DNA of 64,000 bases, taken from positions 124,001 to 188,000 of the forward strand of contig CM102286.1 of the NCBI GenBank assembly GCA_046563655.1, written 5' to 3'. Under the pieces are notes generated by a model. That model saw only the letters and a program-made list of their open reading frames with translations, ran no database searches and was not told where the DNA came from. This document shows positions 13,107-24,500 of this stretch, piece after piece (within the stretch, counting starts at the first letter, position 1; every line of letters begins with the position of its first letter). Made by a program: the position numbers and the translations under genes. This DNA comes from Yuukianura sp. NJ FZ-2021 (lineage: Eukaryota).

Positions 13107-13870
13107 ATTGGTAAGTACTTTACATTGGCACTAATCATAATCAACCATTATGTTTTTTCATTTCACTTTTGAGTTTCAGGGTTACGCAGCAGAGCCAGAT
13201 CCAGGAGTTACATTGGGAATTATATTCACGCTGGCCCTCAACTCCATCCCATTCTTTGGAAAAGCTAAAGTTAGTTTGAGTGAAGATTTAGAATTTAATT
13301 AACTGGAAATTGAATGTTCAATTTCCCATTGTTGAGTAGTGAAGTTTAGGGTTTTCCACTTTCTACTTGTTTCTCTTGCTCAATTAATTATATTCCACTC
13401 CTTTCCTTATATTTAATAATTTGTCTTCTACCTTCCTCCTTTTACTGTCTGGATTAATTATTTATAGTTCCCAATTAAATATGTTTTGCAAAATGAGCTG
13501 TGAAGAGTAAGCGAGGGAAGAGTCAATCATTTGTCCATTTGTTAATTAAAGATAGAGTGGTTTTTAGCTTTATGAGTGACAGGGAAGGCGTGGCACTCAA
13601 CTTTTGCACAATTTGCAAATCCAACTGCAAGAGTTTTAAACTCTCACTTTCTGCTGGAACCGAAACTACTCCTCTGGAATTCGGTTTTTAGTAAGGTCGC
13701 AGTTTTTAGTGGAGCTGCGTCGTTTCCTTGCAGTAGTGGACAAAGTCATATTAAATCTAAGGTTTTTTAGGGGGAGCAGATAAGGCATTGGCTTTGAGTT
13801 TAGGTTAATTTTAATTGTAAATTGTTAATTCTGATTAATCCCAACTTTTTAATTAGTCATAACTTTAACT

Positions 13871-15704
13871 ATGCCTGGCAATGGGAGATTCCTGGCACTC
13901 TGTCTATCATTCACTCTTTCCCTGTCAGCTGTTTCGTCATGGGAAACTGCTGATCATCCTCAAGACTGCGAACTCCTCTTGACACAAGTCGTAAGCAACT
14001 AAACTAATCAAAAACAGATTAATCAAACTAATTAGTTACAGTGATTATCATTATGTTTAGGTCTTCAGACATGGTGACAGGAATCCCATTCAACCTTACC
14101 CCACCGATCCCTACAAGAATGAGTCCAACTGGCCAGAAGGATATGGACAACTCACAAAGGTAATCCCATTCTCATCTCATTAATTAACAATCAGTTAGTT
14201 AAAGTATTTACTCGTTCGTGTTTGTAGATTGGTAAAAAGCAGCAGTTTGAGCTGGGGAAGTTCCTGCGTGGACGGTACGATGGGTTCCTGGGTTCAGTCT
14301 ACTCGCCCTACGAGATTTACGTCCAGAGTTCATCAGTTGACAGAGCCATCATGAGTGCAGAGGCCAATCTAGCAGCATTGTATCCTCCCAACGACAACCA
14401 GAGTCTCTGGAACCCTCAGATTCCATGGCAACCAATTCCAGTCCACAACATGCCTGAAAACATGGACAATGTAACGCCATTCCTCAACTAATCAAACACT
14501 ATCCTCATTTTAGTAATGACCCTATGCTTGGAATGTTTTAGGTCATTGCGTTGAGGGAGTCTTGTCCTCGCTATGATCAGATTTACCAGGACTTTGAAAA
14601 GTCTGACTTGATGCAGAAACTTTACAAAGACAACCACGAACTGTTTCAAATCATTGCCAACCACACGGGCAAAAATGTAACAACAATCAAGGACTTGGAT
14701 TATACACTGGACACACTTTTCATCGAGGTTAGTTACTTACAAATCCAAAATCTAAAAAGGAGAGATCCAAAATCAACTGTTTGTATCTTTTTTGTAGAAA
14801 TTGTACAACAAGACTTGGCCTGATTGGGCTACTGAAGTGTTTGCCAAGTACGGAGATCGCCTGCGGGAGTTGGTTTCGTTTAGTTTCAAAGTGACAACGT
14901 ACACGATGGAGATGAAGAAGCTGAGAGGAGGACCACTGCTCAAGGAAATCACTGAGCACATGAAGGCCAAGACCAACCACTCCATGGATGAACGACGCAA
15001 GTTCTTCGTCTACTCAGGACACGATGTGGTATACAAAAATAACACCAAACTTTAAAACGTTTTTCCTAACTTTAAAACGTTTTTGTAATGTTTGTTAGAC
15101 TGTTGCGACACTGCTCAACACTTTGGAAGTGTTCAACGACATGGCGCCCCCCTATTGCTCCCTCGTCATGATCGAACTCCACAGAAACATCACTTCAAAT
15201 TCATACTTTGTGGAGGTAAGTCAAAAGAAACTATTTAACAAAGTGACAAACTAATTAGTAACTTGTTTTATTTTCAGATCCTGTTTCGAAATTCAACTAC
15301 AAGTAGTGACACTTACAAGTTGCAACTTCCAGGCTGTGATTTCTCTTGTGATTTGTCCAAGTTCCTGGATCTCACGAGCAGTTTCATTCCGGAAGACTGG
15401 AACAAGGAGTGTGAGGCAACTCCACCCACAGGCTACGATGCTGTTGGTCTCATTGTCACCGGTAAGTCAAAACGAACAAAAAACAATCACATATTGGCAA
15501 TTGTTCCAATTTCTACAAAATTCTTCATCTGACTCTTTAAATTTTTGTGTAGCGATGCTGCTGTTCATTGTGTTTGGACTGTGTGTTGCAATTGGGCTCA
15601 TCCTGAAGGCATACTTGCGGAACAAGCGAGTAGGTGAACCACAACCTCCGAAGTATCCCTACCTCCACTTGCAAATGGAAGATGGAGATGAAGAACCAGC
15701 ATAA
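13871..15704 (+). CDS. Lysosomal/prostatic-type histidine acid phosphatase (type I membrane protein)
   Basis: Signal peptide, VFRHGDRNP active-site motif, [22 protein letters not shown]-terminal transmembrane helix and a YLHL (Yxx-hydrophobic) sorting motif. Confidence 0.93.
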
Positions 15705-16240
15705 TCCCACCATCAACCTTATGTCGACGCATCCTGTGCCTAAACCATCACATCACTCTATCCCTGTGTCCAATTGCATTTAAGTTCTAAACACAATTTT
15801 CAGTTTTGAGTAAGGAATCGCAATAATGTGCCTTTCAATGCATCCTTTCACACTGCGGTCTTGCAGACTTGCAGTTTACAAAGTCCCTTCTTAACAATTA
15901 CTAATTACTTTTAACGGAGATATTTTTGGAACGTGAGATATTTAACGTAAGTCTGATTTCAAGAGTTGTGAAAGATGTAGTCAAATACGGCTAATTTCAA
16001 CATGATTATTGAATGCTTCAAGTTAAGATTTACACAGCTCATTGTTTTAAGCTAGAAAACGTTTTTTCTTTTTTTTTGAAAATTTCTGTGTGCATTTCTA
16101 GCCTTGATTTTAAAGGAAGTTATAAATTATTATTATTTAGTTATAAATAAAGATAATCTCTGAATTTTCTGTTTTTATTCAGCTCAAAAACTCCCGCCAT
16201 TTAAACAGAACCTCGACGATTAGTTAAACTAAATAAAAGT

Positions 16241-18852
16241 TTACTTCTTGGTGGCCTTGGTCTTCTTGGGTGGTGGAGGAATTTTGGGCTTCTTCTTGGA
16301 GGCTTCTGCTGCCCGCTTCTTGGCCGCCTCCTTCTTCTTCGCTGACCTCTTGTCCAGTTTGGCCAACTTCGCCTTCAAGTGGGCATCTCCCTTCTTGGCC
16401 TTGTCACCTGCAGCCTTCTTCGCCTTCTCCATCATCGCCTTACGCACTGTCAGCATCTTCTTCAAGTCAAACTTCTACAAACAAAACAAAACCACCACAT
16501 TTAGAAAACTAATTTAAATGTTTAAAATATTTAGTGTTTAAAAGAAGGAAATTAGGGAAAACGTTACCTCTGTAACCTGTGCAAGGTCGATGGACCGATT
16601 CTTGAGCATGGCTGCTCTCTTGAGCACAGTTGCATATGGATTCAACTTGGCCATCATTCGCGTGTTCGTCAATGGATTGTACTTCGTCACACGGCGAACC
16701 ACACGCTTGCTACAAAACAAAAACAAAAACATAGTTAGACAGTTTTCACAAAGTTATTTAGAAAGTAATTGAATTGCTTTCAATTAATTCTAATCAGAGA
16801 GGGCAAGTGAAGCTCAAGTGAGGAGAGACTCCCCATCGTAATAGCGTATAAGTTAAACATCATTTCAAATACTTCCCAGTACTTTTTGTACTTTTGAAAA
16901 GCACTTTTTGTGATGTTTGAAAAGTGACTTACTTGGGAGCTCGAATGACGCTCTGGATTTCTTCTGATTTGAGAAGACGGCCCAAGTCGGTGTTTGACAT
17001 TTTGGGTGTTGGGAGATTGTAGCCCTTCTTCGTCTCAGACTCCTTGCGCCAAGTGCCGTAGATCTTGTCCAAAGCCTTGAAGGCAGACTCCGTCCAGATC
17101 ACGAATCGACCAACATGTCCACCTACAAAACAAATACAAACATTAGTTGTGTTTTTAGGAGTTAAGGTAGGCTATAATGTGATGAATTGTTTCAGAACTT
17201 CAACTGAGATCATGTTAATTCAGAAACACGGACCGAAGTAGGAATCTCATCATTTACAACTAAAACTTAATTAGATAGAATGCAGTTTCTAATTACCTGG
17301 AGCCAACTTCAACACATTCAATCGGTGAACGCTCAACGTCTCCACACCCGGGATGTTCCTGAATGCACGAGTCAATCCCTGCAAATTATAAAATCAAAAA
17401 TGAAATTCAAAAATACCAATATAGACTCAAAATGTTAAAGTTTTTTTTCTAAAATTTCAGAACTTCAGTTGTTATCACGTTAAAATCAGAAACACGGACC
17501 TGAAGTAAACTTTCTCATCATCGTTAATTGTTTAATTCTTAGAATACAAACTAGTTTGAGGTAAAAGACAAACCTGGTCTTGATCGTAGATGATTAGCGG
17601 TCCAGTGCGTTGAACACGACGACGATTACGCATCTTACCAACTCCAGCACGATTACGTTGAGAGTTGTAAACCTACAAATCAACAAAACACAAAACAATT
17701 ATTTGGTTATCTCAAAAAGTGTCTTTCCCTTGTCGTCACTGTGTTTACTTCAGAAAAGCTAACACAAATCACGGTAATTCATAACCCAATGCTATGAAAA
17801 TTAAAGCTAATCATCATATGTTTTTCACTGTTCATCTAAAATTGATTAGTGGAATTACCTTGTCCACATCATTCCACGCTTTGATTCTCTTGAGAAACAT
17901 GATTCCCTGCTTGGTCTTCTCAAATTCTTGGACCTTGTCGCTCACAACGAGTGGAAACTCGGGAGTTTCATTGATAATGTGGCCCTTGGCCATGACGAGA
18001 GCCGGAATTCCAGAAGCAGCAATTGCAGAGCAAATGGCATAACGTTTCTGATTGACGTTGGTGCTCGTGTGCCACTTCCTGTAGTTCTTCGTCGGAGCAA
18101 ACATGCGACCACCTCGACACATGTTCCCGAAAGCTCCCTGGCCAGATCGGTGAGTTCCACCACCACGGACACGCGGAATACGAGCCACGGCACGACCAGT
18201 TCCCCACGATTCAGCAGAAGTTTGGTGACCTAATCGACACAAAAAAGACAAAAAGAATCTGATTAGGAATTTGCTGCTTCTTACAACCAAAAATCTATGA
18301 ACTTTGAATGAGTAATTGTAAAGTGATTCTGCCCTTTGAGTAACTATAAGTTAGTTGTCAAAGAACAACAAATCACTTGCTTCTCTTTTGCACTATTCAG
18401 GAACGTAGTCAATGCATCTTATCTGCATAGCTACGGGACATTTAGTGCATTTTGATTAAAAATAGAAAAACGTAAAAGTTACCGGCATCTACGTTGACAG
18501 CATAGGGTTGTCTCTTGTTTCTGGAGATGGTGTGATGGCACGAAGTTGACGATGTCTGGTCGAATAGGAGCCTTGAACACTGCTGGAAGGGCAGTGGAGG
18601 ATCCAGACTTCCCAGCCTTCTCATCGTACACGCTAACAAGCGGCCGAGCCAAGGCTACAGACTGAAAACAATGTCAACAAAACACAAATTAGATAAATCG
18701 ATTCGATTCATATCCCATTTCACCGGCTATAGCTTCTTTACATAAAAAAAAGACAAGTTGCGGCATGCTCAATTTGAGTAGTGTACCTAGTACCCAGTAG
18801 CCTAATCTTAATTGAGTAGTGTACTCAGAATGGCTTAGAATTAGCTTACCAT
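16241..18852 (-). CDS. RpL4: 60S ribosomal protein L4 (uL4)
   Basis: ATG-only first coding exon (18850-18852), [67 protein letters not shown]-rich tail. One extra base near 18537 breaks the frame. Confidence 0.97.
16790..16868 (-). ncRNA. Intronic box C/D snoRNA with two 18S rRNA guides
   Basis: ATGATGT (C) - TTATACGCTATT+ACGA (D') - hairpin - ACTTGCCCTCT+CTGA (D). Guides are complementary to conserved 18S AAUAGCGUAUA and GAGGGCAAGU. Confidence 0.8.
17188..17258 (-). ncRNA. SNORD18: U18 box C/D snoRNA, copy 1
   Basis: ATGATGA...GGTCCGTGTTT-CTGA...ATGAT...CTGA with a short TTGT/ACAA terminal stem. Guide is complementary to 28S AAACACGGACC. Confidence 0.92.
17453..17526 (-). ncRNA. SNORD18: U18 box C/D snoRNA, copy 2
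   Basis: ATGATGA...GGTCCGTGTTT-CTGA...GTGAT...CTGA in the adjacent intron; same guide as copy 1. Confidence 0.92.
17746..17822 (-). ncRNA. Candidate intronic box C/D snoRNA, target uncertain
   Basis: ATGATGA (C), ATGA (D'), GTGATT (C'), CTGA (D), about 70 nt, ending ~75 nt from the 3' splice site. Confidence 0.65.
18314..18449 (-). ncRNA. Intronic box H/ACA snoRNA
   Basis: Hairpin TGCACTA...TAGTGCA with an internal pocket, H box AGAGAA (ANANNA), second hairpin AAGTGATT...AATCACTT, then ACA+ATT; 136 nt. Confidence 0.85.
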
Positions 18853-21504
18853 TGTAGATGAGCGTTGATCGATGACCTAAAAACTAAATACTCTGTATAA
18901 AATGAAGGACCGGAACAGTTTTCAGCAGTGACTTTTCGCTGCCAATGCCAATATTTTGCCAATTGGAGAAACAGGCAAGGAAGCACACCACGGCTCCACT
19001 CCAATTGAAACATCCACCATCCACTCCACTACTTCTTTTTTCTTCTCTCATCTCGGCACTCTTCACATAAACCACTGCAAATGGCTTGGCATGGTGCTCA
19101 AGTCGGATAGGATTCAGAATACTTTACACTCTAACATTTCCTTTGATCTTTTCACAAAAACATCCATTCATAGATGGCATAAACATAAAGGAAAAGAAAA
19201 GCGCGCGAAAAGTTTAAATTCAAATATTTTCAAATTTGGTAACACAATAAGCTACCCAAACATCACACCTTCCCTTTTGGCACCATACACAGACATAACC
19301 CATACATGGACAACAATCATTTTACAACTCACATTTTACGAGCAGCACAAAATTAAAAATCACTTTCTACGTTTACATTTTATTCCAAATATGCATCATA
19401 ATAATGTTTGTCATATACGTATCATAAATAAATATTATTCTTAATTATTCCTTATTATTACTCATTAAAAAAATGGATGTTTAAGTGGTAGGCTAAAGTC
19501 AGTTTTTATATTTTGCCATTTACTTACTGCTTCTTGACAACAAGCTAAGTACTTTTAACTTTTGATTAATGCCTGTCATCTGCAAATAAGAACTCATACA
19601 AGTTTTAATCCTGAGATGAGGGATGATGCATGACGTTTGTAAAACCGGAATGGAACATCATTACATCAAACATCTCATGTTTGCGTCCACAAATTCACTT
19701 TTTTTTTCATCAGACGGCGAAAAACAATGGCAAAAATGATTTTTTTTGGAGGGATTCCAGTTTTTGGAGGGTTACGTGCCAAGGGGGAGGATCGAAATTC
19801 CCCGTTTCCATTTGCGTTGATCACGAAAGACTAGTTTTTGCACATGCGCTGTTCTGATCCAAGTACACTCGCACTCTGTGAGTGCAAGTGTACCGAGCGT
19901 CTGCTTTCTCCACACCAACTTTCTCCTCTCTCTCTCCGAACTCCCATTCTACCGCAAAAGCTGTGACCTACTTACTCACTAGACCAAAACACAAACACTC
20001 CAGGACACACCCACACAAACAACCACAATTTCATTACACACACACTTTACTTCCTAAAAATATGCTCACTTTCATCTCAAATCTTAAGCACCGATTACAT
20101 TTGGATGAGCAGAAAAGTTGAAGGTGTCCAGCAATTAGGAGTTTCCATCTTATTTTTTGTCAAAGACTGGAAAAGTGGTTAGCGTCATTACTTGATGAAG
20201 TGGAAAGAACAAAAAACAGCAACTCACGTCTCATGGCCAAGATCAACTTAAAAATATTCTCAGTTTTTTGTTTTGATTCCGAAAGACTGGTTTTTGGAAT
20301 CTCCAAAATACAGCATTTAGTGGCACGAACTTACTGAACACGTACAAAGCATCATTAAACCACAAAAAGTTTTTTTTTTAAACTTCTGTTTATAACCTTG
20401 AACTTTTGAGATGTTTTTGCAATGGGTTTATTAGAAAACACATTTTCAGTTTCAGAAAAGAGGAAAACGCAAGTTCGTCAACAGGAAAAGACTTTGGCTT
20501 GCAAAAATTTGGTTTTGGACGCGAATCGGCGTCTCCTTTATGCTAAAGATGACAAAGGAGATGTGTAAAGTGCATGAGAGAGTGACTAATTGTGGTTTAT
20601 GGACCTCATGCTAACAGTACATGCGAATGTTGAACTGAGAAGAGGTCTTTGTTTGGAACAAAAGAGTCTTTGCAAGAGGAATTTGGCACTTATGCTTTGT
20701 TAAATTGTACAATTGGAGAGTACTCATGCACTGGAGAACAGGAACCACAACAGGATTAATTTATTCCTGCCACCATCCAACTCTTGCCATTCCAGCTACA
20801 CCTTTGCAATACTTTAGTCAAAACTCCACTTTTCATTTTGCCAAAAACTGGTCCTGCGTCCTTAGCAACTGACCTCGTCCTTCATCCATCGTCATTCACA
20901 CTTTGAATCTGGACATTTCCTCATGCATTTACACTAATCTCTCATTTCATCTTTCATCTTCCAAAATCACCTCTTCATTGTGTTAAAACTAAAGTGGGTT
21001 TAAAAACTACAATTCCCTACAAAAAGCGAAAGTTCAAAAACAAAAATGAAAAACAAAGTTAAAGTGAAAGTTGAGAGAAGAGTTAAAAATTGAGATTTGT
21101 GTTTAATTTGAGAAGAAAGTGAAGAACCTCTACAGGAAAAGTGTGTTTGAAATTAATTTAAGCTTCCGTTCCGTTTGGTTAGTTCAGTCGGTGCTTGTGC
21201 ACTGCCTAGCGATCTGCACGTGACGAGAGAAAGCATAGCCAGGCATTTGCACTTTGTAGCCGACACTTTGGACTGTATATCCAGTTGGCGGTGACTACAA
21301 AGTGCAACTCCCATTTTGCAGCTCGATACCTTCAACCCCTGCCAACCTCCGTTGTTTCTCCAGTCATGCTCAGCATTTGAGCCAAACTCGACTTTCTCCA
21401 CTTTTCTCCTCTCAAACTTACAAAGGAAAAACAGTCAAGCCATGTTCAACCTTCACAAAACATTTTAAAGTTTTGGTTTTGTTTTAAATTGTGAATTTTG
21501 AGAA

Positions 21505-24500
21505 ATGGAGAGTGTAAGGAACATTGGGTGGACTTCAAGTGGTCCGAGGGAAGTGGTTGTGTTTGACGATGAACTGCAGTTTCCATCTTCCCATTTCACA
21601 CTCCAGCAAAACGATTCTAGGTAATAAAAACTTTCATTTCAAAATTTAAAAAAAAAATAGTTTAAAAATTATTTTTACTACAGCGTCGTTTTCCGTTAGA
21701 AAAAAAGGTGAAAATTGAAAGTAATTTGGAAAGGTTGAATGGCTTTAAAAATAGAACTGCTGAAAAGTGGTTCCTTTTTCTAAAAATCCTGTTCAAGGTC
21801 TACTGCTTTACTTTTGTTTAGAAAATCTTTTTTTTAAATCAGCCCTTCACCTGTACACTTAAACTGTTGAAGGCTGCTGACCTTGGACATTGACATTCCC
21901 TTGTCAACTAAAACATTGCTTTCGGGAGGCTTTTTGTTGAAAAGTTCAAACACCTTTTCAAAAATCTCATTTTCAAAAACCCTTTTACTTTTTCAAACGG
22001 TTTTTGTAAATTTTTGAAAATTCATAATGAGTCCAACTTCCAAAAGGTCCTGAGACGATCAGGAACACGTCTTGGATTCATCAGTCATAATTTTTTGTTG
22101 GTCGCAAGAAGTGGAAGTGACTCATTTGACTTTAGAACTTTGGTGTCGAATAGCATCAATTTTTTGTTACTTTGTTTTTTTTTTACAAAGTAAATTATTA
22201 TGTGCGAATTGAAGAGCGTGCGAATGCTGGAAGTGAGAGATGACTTGGAGAGAATGGAACTGACACTCAGAGTGCTGCTAGACCAACAGAGGTACGATTG
22301 GACTCTCCTGTCAAATGACACGCTCATTAAATTTTTAGCTCTTTACTTTTAGTCTTTTGTTTAGAAAAATACTATAAAAGGACTTCCATTGTACAATTAA
22401 AATTAAAGTGGTTGACCAAATTAAACAGGCGCCAGGCCAATCAGACACGATCTGGAACCAAAGTGGAGCACAGGAAAACAAACTTTTAGTTTTTAACAAC
22501 AAAGTTTTTTAAGGAGTTTTTAGAAAAGTTTTTAAGTTTTTGAATTTTGAGAATGGAGGGCAGTGGAGACTCCGATTTGCAAAAAAAGAAGGGCGCAGAA
22601 GTAGTTGCTGTTCGTTATGAATTTGTGTCGGATTGGCCCGAGGTCAATTCCATCAATCTCAATCCCAGTCCAGACAATGTTAAGTTCCATCGGAAACAGA
22701 GTCCACGACTCAGGAAGGAGTTGGTCATCAAGTAAGAATTTGCGAATTCATGCATTTTTGCAGATTTTTGAATTTTTGCAAATTTGCGAAACCAGAAGAG
22801 TACGGTGGAGTTTAGGTCAGTTTGAGCATGAATTTAGAGAGTGGAGAAACTTTGTGTGTTCAAAATTAATCTGGAGAATGTGTTTGCTGATGGCAGCAGT
22901 TTCTGTTGAACCTTTCAAAACATTTTGCAAACAAAATTTTGCAATTTTTCTTTTATAACGTGATCAGAATTCATTGACTTCGTGACGTCTTTGCAATTTC
23001 TAAAAGACTCCACATAGCTTCATGAGGGTGGCACAAACTGACTGGATTTTAGTACAATCTCAAAACCACAAACACTTTAGAATTCCAAGTTGGAATTTGA
23101 GTGCACTTTTGCAGTGACACTTCGCACATTCAACTTTTGACACTCCAAAATACAAAGTGTCTCAAGTATTGACTTTTAGTTTCGTTTTTCTTGTCTTTTG
23201 AAATTGTGTTGAAATTGGAGGTGAGTAGGAAACAAAGTAATTTGCGATTAGAGATGATAATTTAATCTGAAAGTGGAGTGGAAAGTGCATTTGAATTGAG
23301 TCTGTCACTACGCTGCGACTTCACACGCTCCAAGCGATCCACTTCACACCTCGCCCTCACTCTGGGAACAGTCACTGTCAGGGATTCCAAAAAGAGTTTT
23401 AGGATTTGGAAAACTCTAAAAAAAAGTTTGGAAGAAGATTTTGAAAAAGTTTTTGAACTGTTTTCAAATTCTTAGAACATTTTTGAGTGAAAGTGTTTTT
23501 AATTTTTCAGGGTAAACGAACAGAGGAAGATGTTGGTTTCTCAGCTTCCGACGCATCCGCCAGTGACGCTGGAGTTCAATGACCTCTCTTACTCCGTCCG
23601 AGACTCACCCAACAGGAAATGTAAGCACACTTTTAAGCTTCAACTTTCACACTCAATGAATTCATCTTCCAATTCTAAAAAATCAGAGGTCACGAAGAGG
23701 TCAAACTCCTTAGACTTTGCTTTGATCCCGTTTTTTAAGTGACTGAACAATAGCGAATAGGCTTTGGAAATTGGCAACTGTATGGCCATTTAAAACTTCT
23801 CTTTCCTCAAAAGTTCCCGTTTCTATTTTTGCCACTGACACACATTTGCGTCGTCCACAAAATTAAGTTTCACTTTCCTCAAAATTTCAATTTCAATGGT
23901 TTCATTTTTACATTTTTGGACCACAACGGAAGAAATATGCAAAACCACGATTGAGGACTTAAGAAAATCATTTCTGCCGACAGAAATTGGATGAAATGTA
24001 GAATGAGATAAAGTTAAATTTTCATTTTTTGGATTTTTTAAAAAGTTGGGGGATTTGGTCCGTATCAATCGAAGCAGATGAAAACGATTGTGGACTCAGC
24101 GTCAGGAATTTTCAAACCGGGAGAACTGACTGCCATTATGGGGCCATCAGGTACAAAAAATCAAAACAAACATTTTCAAAAAGATTTCAAAAAAGTTTCA
24201 ATTCAGGAAAATTTAGAATCTTGAATTGTGTTTCTTTAGGAGCTGGAAAGTCGACCCTGATGAACATACTGGCAGGCTACAAGTAAGTTAAAACGGAAAC
24301 ATGCGAGTGTGGAATTTGTGTTGACCTTTGACCTTTGCAGAACGACAAACATCAGAGGTGACATCATGGTCAACGGAATGGCTCGCGAGTTGCAGCGATT
24401 TCGGAAAATGTCGTGCTACATCATGCAGGACGACGTGCTCCTCATGCACTTGACTGTTGGAGAAGCCATGACCTTCGCAGCACAGCTCAAACTACCAAGG

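Noticed and set aside
18664..18849. RpL4 intron 1 as another snoRNA host
   Set aside because: Only a short direct repeat (TTGAGTAGTGTAC x2); no ordered C/D boxes or H/ACA fold found.
16241..18852. RpL4 as a pseudogene or programmed-frameshift gene
   Set aside because: A single indel with no slippery site, an otherwise intact gene and similar indels elsewhere favour assembly error.
18956..21480. Several 60-160-aa ORFs between RpL4 and ABCG
   Set aside because: AT-rich, no motifs or consistent splice structure; probably promoter or UTR sequence.
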